From an uncultured delta proteobacterium (GTDB lineage Bacteria > Desulfobacterota > Desulfobaccia > Desulfobaccales > 0-14-0-80-60-11), in NCBI GenBank assembly GCA_963812015.1, contig CAWETI010000002.1, forward strand, positions 960,001 through 1,024,000: a stretch of 64,000 nt of DNA, read 5' to 3'. The notes under the pieces are model-generated. The model was not told the DNA's origin. It searched no databases and saw only the letters and a program-made list of their open reading frames with translations. The position numbers were made by a program, and so were the translations under genes. Shown piece by piece: positions 50,831 through 59,416 of the stretch (the first letter of the stretch is position 1; each line of letters opens with the position of its first letter).

Positions 50831-51862
50831 TTAAGGGATTAACGAAAATGAAGTGATCTTCACCCCGACATATTGAAGCCCGATGATGATCAGAGCTATC
50901 CCGAAAAAAATCCTGAGATACTTGGGATCCACCGCCAAGGAAAGACGTCTTCCCAAACGGGCGCCGCAATATCCGCCGCACATGGCAAAAATCGCCAAGG
51001 GATAAATCACCGTTTCCGCCACACCTCTGACAATGAACTGGGAGCCGATATTGGCGACCTTGACGAAGTTCCCGGTTCCCACCGCCACTACCATGGGCAG
51101 CCCAAAGGCCGTATGGAGCATGGGAGTAAAAAGAAATCCACCGCCAACCCCGACGATCCCGGAGATAATCGCGATGAAAAAGTTGCCGATGCCGGGAGTT
51201 ATGATATCCGTGCGGTAGCGATGGCCCAGCCACTCGCCTTCGGCAATCCAAAACCCTCTCTTTTCGGTTTTAATCCACGCGGCGCCCTCATCCTTTGGGG
51301 GGAAGATGGTGCGGTACAGCATCGAGCCGGCGGCCAAGAAAACCAAAATGGCAAAATAGAGTTGGAGGGTTTTGGCGGAAATCCCCAAGGAGATAAAGGC
51401 TCCCACGGCAGCCCCCAGGAGCCCGGCGATCATCATGGGAATTGCGACTTTCATATTGGGAGTCCTTTTCTGCAAATGAACCCAGGCGGCAAACAAGCCG
51501 ATGATGGCGGCAGCCATGCTGTTGGTTCCCAGGGCTACTTTAACGGGTAGTCCCAACCATAGGGTATACAGGGGCACGGAAAACAGGCTGATAAAAGCGC
51601 CCACCGCCCCGCCCATGAAACCCGCCAGCAAACCGACGCCAATACCCATGATCGGGTCGACGTCCACCGTCCCCCACTTTGGGTGTGACCAATGCACCAC
51701 CCAGGAAGGGGAGACTGATTCCTTGATCAACAGCATAATGAGAAGAACCGTGACTCCCCAAAAGAGGTAATTACTCGTGGATTTCTCCCCCAGAAACGCT
51801 CTAATTCCACCGCCTAGAGAAAATTGCTTTTCCAGGGCTTTTTGAGCAACTCCATTACCCAT
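50831..51862 (-). CDS. Sulfite exporter TauE/SafE family membrane protein
   Basis: Two repeats with GVGGG-like and VAxGT motifs, about 8-9 TM segments; RBS AAGGAG. Confidence 0.85.
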   Translation of the reverse strand: MGNGVAQKALEKQFSLGGGIRAFLGEKSTSNYLFWGVTVLLIMLLIKESVSPSWVVHWSHPKWGTVDVDPIMGIGVGLLAGFMGGAVGAFISLFSVPLYTLWLGLPVKVALGTNSMAAAIIGLFAAWVHLQKRTPNMKVAIPMMIAGLLGAAVGAFISLGISAKTLQLYFAILVFLAAGSMLYRTIFPPKDEGAAWIKTEKRGFWIAEGEWLGHRYRTDIITPGIGNFFIAIISGIVGVGGGFLFTPMLHTAFGLPMVVAVGTGNFVKVANIGSQFIVRGVAETVIYPLAIFAMCGGYCGARLGRRLSLAVDPKYLRIFFGIALIIIGLQYVGVKITSFSLIP

Positions 51863-51909
51863 GGCTATAACTCCTTATCCTTTATTGAGGGAAAAAGGCC
51901 TTGAGAGGA

Positions 51910-51952
51910 TTTATAACCGCCGGGTAAAATCGCTTCTATCGTCTGCCTGATA
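51910..51952 (-). promoter_or_regulatory. Putative class II Crp/Fnr-dependent promoter of tauE-aprAB
   Basis: Near-palindrome TATCG-N6-TGATA (51937-51952) lies 21 nt upstream of a TATAAA -10 (51915-51910), i.e. centred near -41.5. Confidence 0.6.
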
Positions 51953-52308
51953 AAATGAAAAAATAGTAAAATTTAGTGGAAAATCTGCCGGGAAGGGCTA
52001 GTCGGTGGGCTTGAAAGGTAGGAACTGGCAGGAAAGTCGGACTATTTTTACCGTCCCACCCTTATTGAACAAAATTTACAAGATGTTCCATGGGGAGAAT
52101 TTCATGGCTTGAACCACCGGGCTTGCCGGCTCGGCGAAGATTCTTTCCCGGGTGTGTCTCTCCCCCGCCTGGGCTGCGGATGGCGGCTCTGCACTGATCT
52201 TTCCATTTTATATAACTTGCCACTATACGCCCTTTCGCTAATTTTTTTATATGGTTCGTATATTGGAACCCGTGCAACTGGAATTGGTAATGCTCATTTC
52301 CATGGAGA

Positions 52309-52778
52309 TCATAGTGACTTTGGGGGAGAGTCCTGTTCTGAGGTTTCCGGTTCGGGCTTGGAAGAAAGGGACGTGGGGCGGGGGCCGGCCAGGGGCGGGA
52401 GGTCCTTACCTTCAAGGTGGGCCCGGCCCTCCCGGGCGAGAGAGGCCAGAAACCAGGCCACCTCCTGGGGGACCGGTCAGAGGGGCGGCATGGAGCATCA
52501 CCCGCTTGAGGTATTCAATCAGACGTTCCCCGTGCTCCAGGGCTGTCCGGCGGGGTGATGGACGGCCTCCCCAAAAGCGGCTTTACTTGCGGCCAGGCCG
52601 TAGATTTCCAGCTCTTTACCGACCTGCCCTCCCAGTCCTGTCCCACCAAAATGAAATCCCGGCAATTGGTCACCAGGACGAGGCGGTAGCGGCCCCAATA
52701 ACGGGTGACCTGCTCTCCTGCCGCGGTGACCCAGGCACCGTTTTTGGTGGGCTTAACTTCCATCACCTCCCTGGCCAT
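52309..52778 (-). pseudogene. Frameshifted N-terminal remnant of an N6-methylase/type ISP-like restriction-modification enzyme
   Basis: EVKPT...QVTRYWGRYRLVLVTNCRDFILVG continues in another frame as RLIEYLKRVMLHAAPL...VAWFLASLAR, then truncates. Confidence 0.55.
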
Positions 52779-52903
52779 GCGCTATGCCCCTCTATCCCAT
52801 CCCCCCTCACCCTGGTATTGGTAAAACATTAGATAGCCCCTCCTCAAACAAAAAGGCTGACAATCCCTCAGATTGCCAACCTACTGTAATTCCTGCCTAA
52901 TTC

Positions 52904-52980
52904 TGGTCGGGACGAGAGGATTTGAACCTCCGACCCCCTGAACCCCATTCAGGTGCGCTACCAGTCTGCGCCACGTCCCG
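52904..52980 (-). tRNA. tRNA-Pro(GGG)
   Basis: CGGGACGTGGCGCAGACTGGTAGCGCACCTGAATGGGGTTCAGGGGGTCGGAGGTTCAAATCCTCTCGTCCCGACCA; 77-nt cloverleaf, encoded CCA. Confidence 0.97.
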
Positions 52981-52990
52981 ACAACGAGGT

Positions 52991-53019
52991 AATATATCAA
53001 CTGGAATTTTTCCTGTCAA
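52991..53019 (-). promoter_or_regulatory. Sigma70 promoter of tRNA-Pro
   Basis: TTGACA-N17-TATATT on the minus strand. Confidence 0.75.
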
Positions 53020-53219
53020 TTGCCGGGGCCATTTCTATGCCCGGCCGCCGTTTTTTCCGGTATTCTTCCCTTGGCCAAAAACGGAGGCAGAAAGCGCGCC
53101 GAAAAGCGGTTGAGATTTATGAACAAACCTGTTAATTTTAAAAGGTTGCCCCGGTCCCAAACGAAATCCTCGCAAAAGTCTGGAACCGGGGAGGCCACCT
53201 TGAAGGAAGGGAGAGTTTG

Positions 53220-55301
53220 ATGTCCGGCAAAACCACACAGATCCGCAACCTAGTACTCATCGGCCATGGGGGCTGCGGCAAGACCTCTTTGGCTGAGGCC
53301 CTCCTCTTTGGGGCGGGGGCCACCTCCCGGCTGGGGAAAGTCGACGACGGCAGTTCCGTCCTGGATTACGAGCCCGAGGAAATTAAACGCAAGATCACCA
53401 TATCCACCGCTTTTCACCACTATCAGTGGAAGAAGCACACGGTCTACCTGGCCGACACCCCCGGAGATGACAATTTCCTGGCGGATACCCGGGCCACCCT
53501 CCATGTGGGGGACAGCGCCGTGGTGGTGGTGGACGCGGTGGACGGCGTCAAGGTGGGCACCGAAAAGGTCTGGCACGCGGCCAACCTGCACAATCTGCCC
53601 CGTCTGGTCTTTATCAATAAGATGGACCGTGAACGGGCCGATTTCTACCAGGTGCTCAAGGAAATCCAGGAAGTGCTGGAGGTTCAGGCCGTGCCGCTCC
53701 TGCTCCCCATCGGCCGGGAAGCCGGTTTCAAAGGGGTGGTGGATCTGATCAGCCAGAAGGCCTTCGTGGGACAGGCCGGGGGCGGCAAGCTGGAAGCGGG
53801 TCCCATCCCCGACGACCTTAAGGATGAGGTGGAGGCGCGGCGCAACGATCTGCTCAATTTTGCCGCCGAGAGCGACGACGCCCTGATCGAAAAGTTTTTG
53901 GAGGAAGGGGAACTCACCCCGGAGGAGATCTACCAGGGACTCCGGGTCGGCACCCTGAAGGGCAGCTTCGTGCCGGTTTTGTGCGGCGCGACTCGGGACA
54001 ATCTGGGCTACCCGCTCCTGCTGGACGCCATCAATCTCTATCTCCCCGCCCCGGAGGATCGGGGCCTGGTCAAGGGGCAGCACCCCACCACGGGAGCCGA
54101 AGTGGCTTTTGAGGCGGACCCGGATGGCCCCCTGGCGGCCCAGGTCTTCAAGACCGTGGCCGACCCCTATGCCGGCCGCCTGTCCATCTTTCGCATTTAT
54201 TCAGGCGCCATGGCCGCCGACTCCACCGTCCTCAACGCCACCCGGGCGGTGCCGGAACGTTTCGGCCAACTCTTCCTGCTGGAGGGCAAGGGTCAGAAGG
54301 CCGTGCCCAACCTGGGCCCCGGGGCCTTCGGGGCCGTGGCCAAACTTAAAGAGACGGTCACCGGCGATACCCTGACTTCCGAGGCCAAGCCCCTCATCCT
54401 CCCGGCCATCCCATCCTCCCGGCCCATGGTCACTTTTGCCCTGGAACCCAAGAAACAGGGGGAAGAGGACAAGGTCTTCAGCGCCTTTTCCAAGCTCATC
54501 GAAGAAGACCCTTCCCTGAGCCTGACCCGGAACGCCGACACCAAGGAAATCCTGCTGTCCGGCGTGGGCTCGGTCCATATCGAGGCCACCGCCGAAAAGC
54601 TGAGGCGCAAGTTCGGGGTGGAAGTCAACCTCAAGCCCCCCAGGGTGCCATACCGGGAGACCATCAAGGGCACCGTCAAGGTGCAAGGCAAATATAAACG
54701 CCAGTCCGGCGGCCGGGGTCAATACGGCGATACCTGGCTGGAAATGGAGCCTTTACCCAAGGGCAGCGGCTTTGAGTTCGCCGACAAGATTGTCGGCGGC
54801 TCCATCCCCAAGCAGTATATTCCCTCGGTGGAAAAGGGCATTGCCGAGGCCAAGAATACCGGCATCCTGGCCGGCTTCCCGGTGGTGGATTTCCGGGTCA
54901 CCCTCTACGACGGCTCCTTCCACGACGTGGACTCCTCGGACATGGCCTTCAAAATCGCCGGCTCCATGGGCTTCAAAAAGGGCATGGAACAGGCCAACCC
55001 CGTCCTCCTGGAACCCGTTATGAAGATGGTGGTGACGGTGCCAGAAGATAACATGGGGGACATCATCGGCGACCTCAACGGCCGCCGGGGCCGGGTCCTG
55101 GGCGTGGAAGCCCAGGGACGCCAACAGGTGATCACCGCCCATGTGCCTATGACCGAGGTGCTGCTCTATGCCCCGGATCTGATCTCCAAGACCGGTGGCC
55201 GTGGCACCTACGAGATGGAATTCGACCACTACGAAGAGGTACCGCCCCACCTGGCGGAAAAGATCATCGCCGAAGCCCGGGCCGCCCAGGAGAAGGAGTA
55301 A
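53220..55301 (+). CDS. fusA: Elongation factor G paralogue (EF-G II type)
   Basis: GHGGCGKT, DTPG, NKMD, QSGGRGQYG, GSFHDVDSS; no rpsL/rpsG/tuf context. Confidence 0.9.
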   Translation: MSGKTTQIRNLVLIGHGGCGKTSLAEALLFGAGATSRLGKVDDGSSVLDYEPEEIKRKITISTAFHHYQWKKHTVYLADTPGDDNFLADTRATLHVGDSAVVVVDAVDGVKVGTEKVWHAANLHNLPRLVFINKMDRERADFYQVLKEIQEVLEVQAVPLLLPIGREAGFKGVVDLISQKAFVGQAGGGKLEAGPIPDDLKDEVEARRNDLLNFAAESDDALIEKFLEEGELTPEEIYQGLRVGTLKGSFVPVLCGATRDNLGYPLLLDAINLYLPAPEDRGLVKGQHPTTGAEVAFEADPDGPLAAQVFKTVADPYAGRLSIFRIYSGAMAADSTVLNATRAVPERFGQLFLLEGKGQKAVPNLGPGAFGAVAKLKETVTGDTLTSEAKPLILPAIPSSRPMVTFALEPKKQGEEDKVFSAFSKLIEEDPSLSLTRNADTKEILLSGVGSVHIEATAEKLRRKFGVEVNLKPPRVPYRETIKGTVKVQGKYKRQSGGRGQYGDTWLEMEPLPKGSGFEFADKIVGGSIPKQYIPSVEKGIAEAKNTGILAGFPVVDFRVTLYDGSFHDVDSSDMAFKIAGSMGFKKGMEQANPVLLEPVMKMVVTVPEDNMGDIIGDLNGRRGRVLGVEAQGRQQVITAHVPMTEVLLYAPDLISKTGGRGTYEMEFDHYEEVPPHLAEKIIAEARAAQEKE

Positions 55302-55387
55302 AGCAGAAGATTCAATGAAATGAGAAAGGGGGAAATATGTTTTTTTCTCCTGCCCCCTTTCTCCAATCTTAAGAAAGGAAGACTAAA

Positions 55388-55657
55388 ATGACACTAAATG
55401 AATACCGCCAGAAAATTTTTGAGCGGGTTCTTCATTCCAATAACAAGAATGAAGTCTTACAAATATTAAAAGAAGCAAAAACTGTATTAATAGAATCGGA
55501 AGTTTCCGAAATATCGACCCGTAATTTTTGGATAAATCTATATGAAGATTTAGATAATAAGCAAAAACTTATTTGTGAAAAAGTAGCAGTCGGTGCTCTT
55601 AGCGATATTATTGCGGCTGCTCAGGAGGTAATAGCCAAAAACATCAAGCAATCATAA
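55388..55657 (+). CDS. AT-rich hypothetical protein
   Basis: 89-aa ORF with RBS AAAGGA. Confidence 0.6.
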   Translation: MTLNEYRQKIFERVLHSNNKNEVLQILKEAKTVLIESEVSEISTRNFWINLYEDLDNKQKLICEKVAVGALSDIIAAAQEVIAKNIKQS

Positions 55658-55677
55658 AAAGAATGAGGTAACTAAGA

Positions 55678-56169
55678 ATGAATGCGAATGTTTTTTTCTA
55701 TGATTATTACGAATTATTAACCGTAGCGATTTTGTCGATAACTGCAATTGTTGGGCTATATCAGATACGGCAACTTATTAATCAAGTTAAAGCTGCCGTG
55801 GAATCAAACAGTATAAACCGTTTAAATGCATTGCTTTCATTGGAAGATAATATAGCGGAAAGAAGATTGCGGCTCAGTGAGGCCGGAATAAAACTCGTAG
55901 AATTGGGTAAAGCAAAAGCTACAAGGGAGTTACACCCGGGAGAATTTGATACCGCTGAGTTAAGATACAATGAAGCAAAACAGATGTATCTCAACGGTCT
56001 TGATAGATTATGTTATTGCCTTGATAGAGGATTATTGAATGAAGATGAATTGCGATCTGAATATAGAGATGTAATTAATGCAGCAATAAAAGATTTTAAA
56101 ACTGATTTCCAAACGGGGACTCCTTATAGGAATATAAAAAAAATTTATGAAAGATGGGCTGAGACATAA
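55678..56169 (+). CDS. AT-rich hypothetical protein with N-terminal TM helix
   Basis: 163-aa ORF, RBS GAGGT, hydrophobic LLTVAILSITAIVGLY. Confidence 0.65.
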   Translation: MNANVFFYDYYELLTVAILSITAIVGLYQIRQLINQVKAAVESNSINRLNALLSLEDNIAERRLRLSEAGIKLVELGKAKATRELHPGEFDTAELRYNEAKQMYLNGLDRLCYCLDRGLLNEDELRSEYRDVINAAIKDFKTDFQTGTPYRNIKKIYERWAET

Positions 56170-56194
56170 GCCAAATTAGCAAGGGGAATTAATA

Positions 56195-56677
56195 TTGAAT
56201 GAAGGTGCTTTTCCTCCCGGCCGCATCCACGCGGTCTCTATCAGCGACCGCAAGGGCGAGGTCAAGCACAATGTGGACCAGGCCCGGCTGGTGGTGGACC
56301 ACGGCCTGGCCGGCGACGCTCATGCCGAAGGCGGCATTCGCCAGGTGAGCCTCCTGGCCACGGACAGCATCGACAAGATGGTGGCCGCGGGGGCGAAGGT
56401 TGCGCCCGGGGATTTCGCCGAAAATCTCACGGTTGAGGGCCTGTCGGTCATGAACCTGCCGGTGGGGACCCGGCTCAAGGTGGGGGAAGAGGTCGAGTTG
56501 GAAATCACCCAGATCGGCAAGACCTGCCACAAGGGCTGCGCCATCCGGGAGTTGGTGGGCGACTGCGTCATGCCCCGGGAAGGGGTCTTTGCCCGGGTGC
56601 TCAAAGAGGGCCTGGTCAAACCGGGGGACGTAATCGAGGTGACGGATGTTCCGGGTGGGCATTCTGACGGTAAGTGA
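56195..56677 (+). CDS. MOSC domain protein
   Basis: GDAHA, RQVSLL, GDFAENL, QIGKTCH, CVMPREG. Confidence 0.9.
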   Translation: MNEGAFPPGRIHAVSISDRKGEVKHNVDQARLVVDHGLAGDAHAEGGIRQVSLLATDSIDKMVAAGAKVAPGDFAENLTVEGLSVMNLPVGTRLKVGEEVELEITQIGKTCHKGCAIRELVGDCVMPREGVFARVLKEGLVKPGDVIEVTDVPGGHSDGK

Positions 56678-57137
56678 CAAGGGGCACGCGGGCGAACGGG
56701 TCGATACCGCCGGCCCCGAACTGGGCCGCATGCTGGACCCCCGCTGCTTTAAGGTCGCCGCTGTTGAGATCGTCCCCGATGAGGTGCCGGCCATCGCCGC
56801 GATACTTACGGCCTGGAGCGACGCCGACGGCCTGGACCTGATCCTGACCACCGGCGGGACCGGCTTAAGCCCCCGGGACCTCACCCCTGAGGCCACCCTG
56901 TCCGTGGCCCAGCGCCTGGTGCCGGGAATTGGCGAAGCCATGCGGGCCGCGGGTATGGCCCACACCCCCCACGCCATGCTCTCCCGGGGGGTGGCGGTGA
57001 TCCGGGGCCGCACCCTGATCATCAACCTCCCCGGCAGCCCCAAGGGGGCCCAGGAAAACCTGGCGGCGGTGGCGCCGGCCCTGCCCCACGCCCTAGAAAA
57101 ACTTAAGGGCAGCCCGGCGGAGTGCGGGGCGGAATGA
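56646..57137 (+). CDS. mog: Molybdopterin adenylyltransferase MogA/MoaB
   Basis: LTVSD, TTGGTG, RDLTPEAT, NLPGSP. Confidence 0.92.
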   Translation: MFRVGILTVSDKGHAGERVDTAGPELGRMLDPRCFKVAAVEIVPDEVPAIAAILTAWSDADGLDLILTTGGTGLSPRDLTPEATLSVAQRLVPGIGEAMRAAGMAHTPHAMLSRGVAVIRGRTLIINLPGSPKGAQENLAAVAPALPHALEKLKGSPAECGAE

Positions 57138-57270
57138 GGGAAGAAATAGTAAGTTGAGGGGAGGGCCGGGGGACAATGAATCCCCTGTCCCTTCCCCTCA
57201 AACTCCCCTCCCATCCCCCTCTAAAGGTAAGGTTAGAGGATAGGGTGCGCACGGCGCACCCTTTTTTTAT

Positions 57271-57345
57271 AGGGGGTTAAGGGAGGGAGTCTGAGGGAGG
57301 GGGCAGGGGCCACTTACGAAAAAACCCCTGGCCCCCTCCCTCAGA
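57271..57345. repeat. G-run/C-run palindromic repeat with CTTACGAAAA loop
   Basis: agggggttaag start shared with 4561; stem tctgagggagggggcagggg / cccctggccccctccctcaga. Confidence 0.6.
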
Positions 57346-57351
57346 AAAACT

Positions 57352-57768
57352 CTATGAAGCCGTAGGTTCCTGGGGCTTCTCAGTTTTCTCAGCTTCCTCA
57401 GCGGTCTCGGGGGGCGGGGCCGGGGGCGGCGGCAAGGGTTCTTTCGTCCAGGCGGCCCGCATCCGGTCCCGGATGGCGGCTATGGCCTGATAATTCTTAT
57501 CCTTAATTTCCTTCAAATCCTTGGCCTTTTTCACCGCGTCGCTCACTTCGCTTACCACCAACGGGTTGGTTTCGCCCCGCTCCAGGGCCTGGAAGAACTG
57601 GGCCCCCAGGTGGCGCATGGCCTTATTAACCTTCTGCTTTTGCCAGCAGGCCAGGGCATAGCGGCCCAGGATCAGACCCCGGCGCAGGGAATTGATGGCA
57701 AAGTTCCGGGCGTACCACCAAGTGGCTTTGAGTCCTTTTATGGCTGAATCTTGATAATCGGTCCCCAT
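57352..57768 (-). CDS. Hypothetical protein
   Basis: RBS GAGGAGG before ATG 57768; helical with Pro-rich tail. Confidence 0.65.
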   Translation of the reverse strand: MGTDYQDSAIKGLKATWWYARNFAINSLRRGLILGRYALACWQKQKVNKAMRHLGAQFFQALERGETNPLVVSEVSDAVKKAKDLKEIKDKNYQAIAAIRDRMRAAWTKEPLPPPPAPPPETAEEAEKTEKPQEPTAS

Positions 57769-57966
57769 GTATACCTCCTCTGCCGGGGAGCCAGGCGCGG
57801 GATAGGGCAAACCACGCGTGAGGCGGAGACCGGGGCGATTATCCGGCCTCTGACTTGCCGCCCTGGGCCCGGGCACTTTTTCTCTTTTTCATAAATATAG
57901 GATGGCAGAGGGGGCGGTGCAATCGGAAAAGGGCCGGAAATCGCCGCAAGCGGCTCCCGGTTGCCG

Positions 57967-58437
57967 TCAATCGTCTTCGGCCGACTTCTCCAATTTCTCC
58001 CGGAGGGTGGCGGTGATCCCCTGGATGTGGCTGCCGGGCCAGTAGACCCGATGGCACCGGGGGCACTCGGTGAAGCGGGGATGGCAGAGGAAGATATGCT
58101 CCGGGACCCGGCCCTGGGCCAGGGTCCGGTCAAGGGGCACGAGGGGGTCGTTGCAGTAGCTGCAACGGCTCAAGGGTTTGAGGTCTCGGGCCGAGAGGCC
58201 CAGGCGCTGCATAACTTCCGTCAGTTGGCCCTCGGGTTCGGACGCGGCCAGCACCAGGAGGTCGGGCCGCTTCAGACGTTTGCTGCCCGCCTGCCGGGTC
58301 AGGATGTGGGTCTGAGGCCGGGTCGGCGGCCAGGTTCCGGGCTTATCCGAGGTCAGGCGCACCAGAGTGGCGTCGAAGCCACAGAAGCGCAGCCACCTGG
58401 CCAGGCCGCCCAACGGCCAATCCACCAGAAATTTCAT
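57967..58437 (-). CDS. Mut7-C RNase domain protein (DUF82)
   Basis: FLVD..LGGLARWLRFCGFD, RCSYCN, CPRCHRVYWPGSH. Confidence 0.88.
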   Translation of the reverse strand: MKFLVDWPLGGLARWLRFCGFDATLVRLTSDKPGTWPPTRPQTHILTRQAGSKRLKRPDLLVLAASEPEGQLTEVMQRLGLSARDLKPLSRCSYCNDPLVPLDRTLAQGRVPEHIFLCHPRFTECPRCHRVYWPGSHIQGITATLREKLEKSAEDD

Positions 58438-58627
58438 CGAGTGAGAAACCTTGAATTGATGAAAAAGACTACTTCCCCCCACCCTCTTGCCCAGGGGGAA
58501 AAGGGGATAGGGCCGGAACCCCTTGTCTGCCCTCAGCTACCTGGAGCTCCCCGGTTGGCCGCCCCGCCTATTGGTGGCTTCCGCCGCTTCCCGTCTTGGT
58601 TGAAAGCTGAGAGCTGACTGCCGACCG

Positions 58628-59416
58628 CTACTTCCCCAGAGGTGCCTGGGCTACGCCGGGCGGCGGTGTCAGGGTTAAGTCGGCCGGAGTCAGGGGCGGA
58701 TTGAGCTTGAGGTCGCCATATACCAGGCGCAGTTCACTCTTGGGCGTGGTGGTCTTCAGGGTGACCTTCTCCGGGAGGTCAGGCGCCAGGGCGCCGAAGT
58801 TGGCCAGTTCTGCGGTAAAGCGGGGCTCCGGGGCGCCGCCGAACCATTCTTCCTGAACCGGGTTAAGATCCTGGGCTTCCACCCACAGGCGTTCCTGCAG
58901 GGCGTCCCCCTGACGCCACTCCAACAGGTAGCGGCCCGTGGCGGCCTGGTATTCAAAGTGGTCCGGCGGACCCGGACTCAGGGGCAAGGCCCCCAGGAGC
59001 AGGTGCAGCGCCTGGGGCAGGCTGACGCTGGGGGGGATAAAGGCCGCCAGGTTTTTCGGGGTGGCGGGGCCGCGCAACAGCTTGTTTTCCCGGGGAGACA
59101 GCACCAGGACCTCGGTGCCGTCGGTGGCAAAGCTCAGGACGGTGCGCCCCAAAAAATCCAGGACATTGGCCTTGAGGCTCGCAGGCAGTCGTCCCATGAG
59201 CAAGGCCGTACCGGAATAATTCTGTTGGGGAGACAGGAAGGTGATGCGGCCTTTAGCCTGGAAGGTTTTGATTTGCTGTTGCCGGGCTTGAAGCCGGGCG
59301 AGCAGGGCTTCCGGGGAGGCGACCGCTGCCGGCGGCGGGGCCGGGGGGAGGGCCCGGCATCCTCCCGCCAGGAGGAGAGCCGACAACGCCAGCCCGGCAA
59401 CGCCGGAGAAATTCAA
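58628..59416 (-). CDS. Lipoprotein, LolB/DUF4292-like
   Basis: Lipobox LAGGC; beta-rich; downstream of the TPR gene. Confidence 0.65.
   Translation of the reverse strand: MNFSGVAGLALSALLLAGGCRALPPAPPPAAVASPEALLARLQARQQQIKTFQAKGRITFLSPQQNYSGTALLMGRLPASLKANVLDFLGRTVLSFATDGTEVLVLSPRENKLLRGPATPKNLAAFIPPSVSLPQALHLLLGALPLSPGPPDHFEYQAATGRYLLEWRQGDALQERLWVEAQDLNPVQEEWFGGAPEPRFTAELANFGALAPDLPEKVTLKTTTPKSELRLVYGDLKLNPPLTPADLTLTPPPGVAQAPLGK

Larger units (their letters stand above)
29500..52947. mobile_element. tRNA-Pro-integrated genomic island (~23.4 kb), no integrase visible
   Basis: Flanking direct repeats, visibly lower GC than the flanks, IS and R-M remnants at the two edges. Confidence 0.85.
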
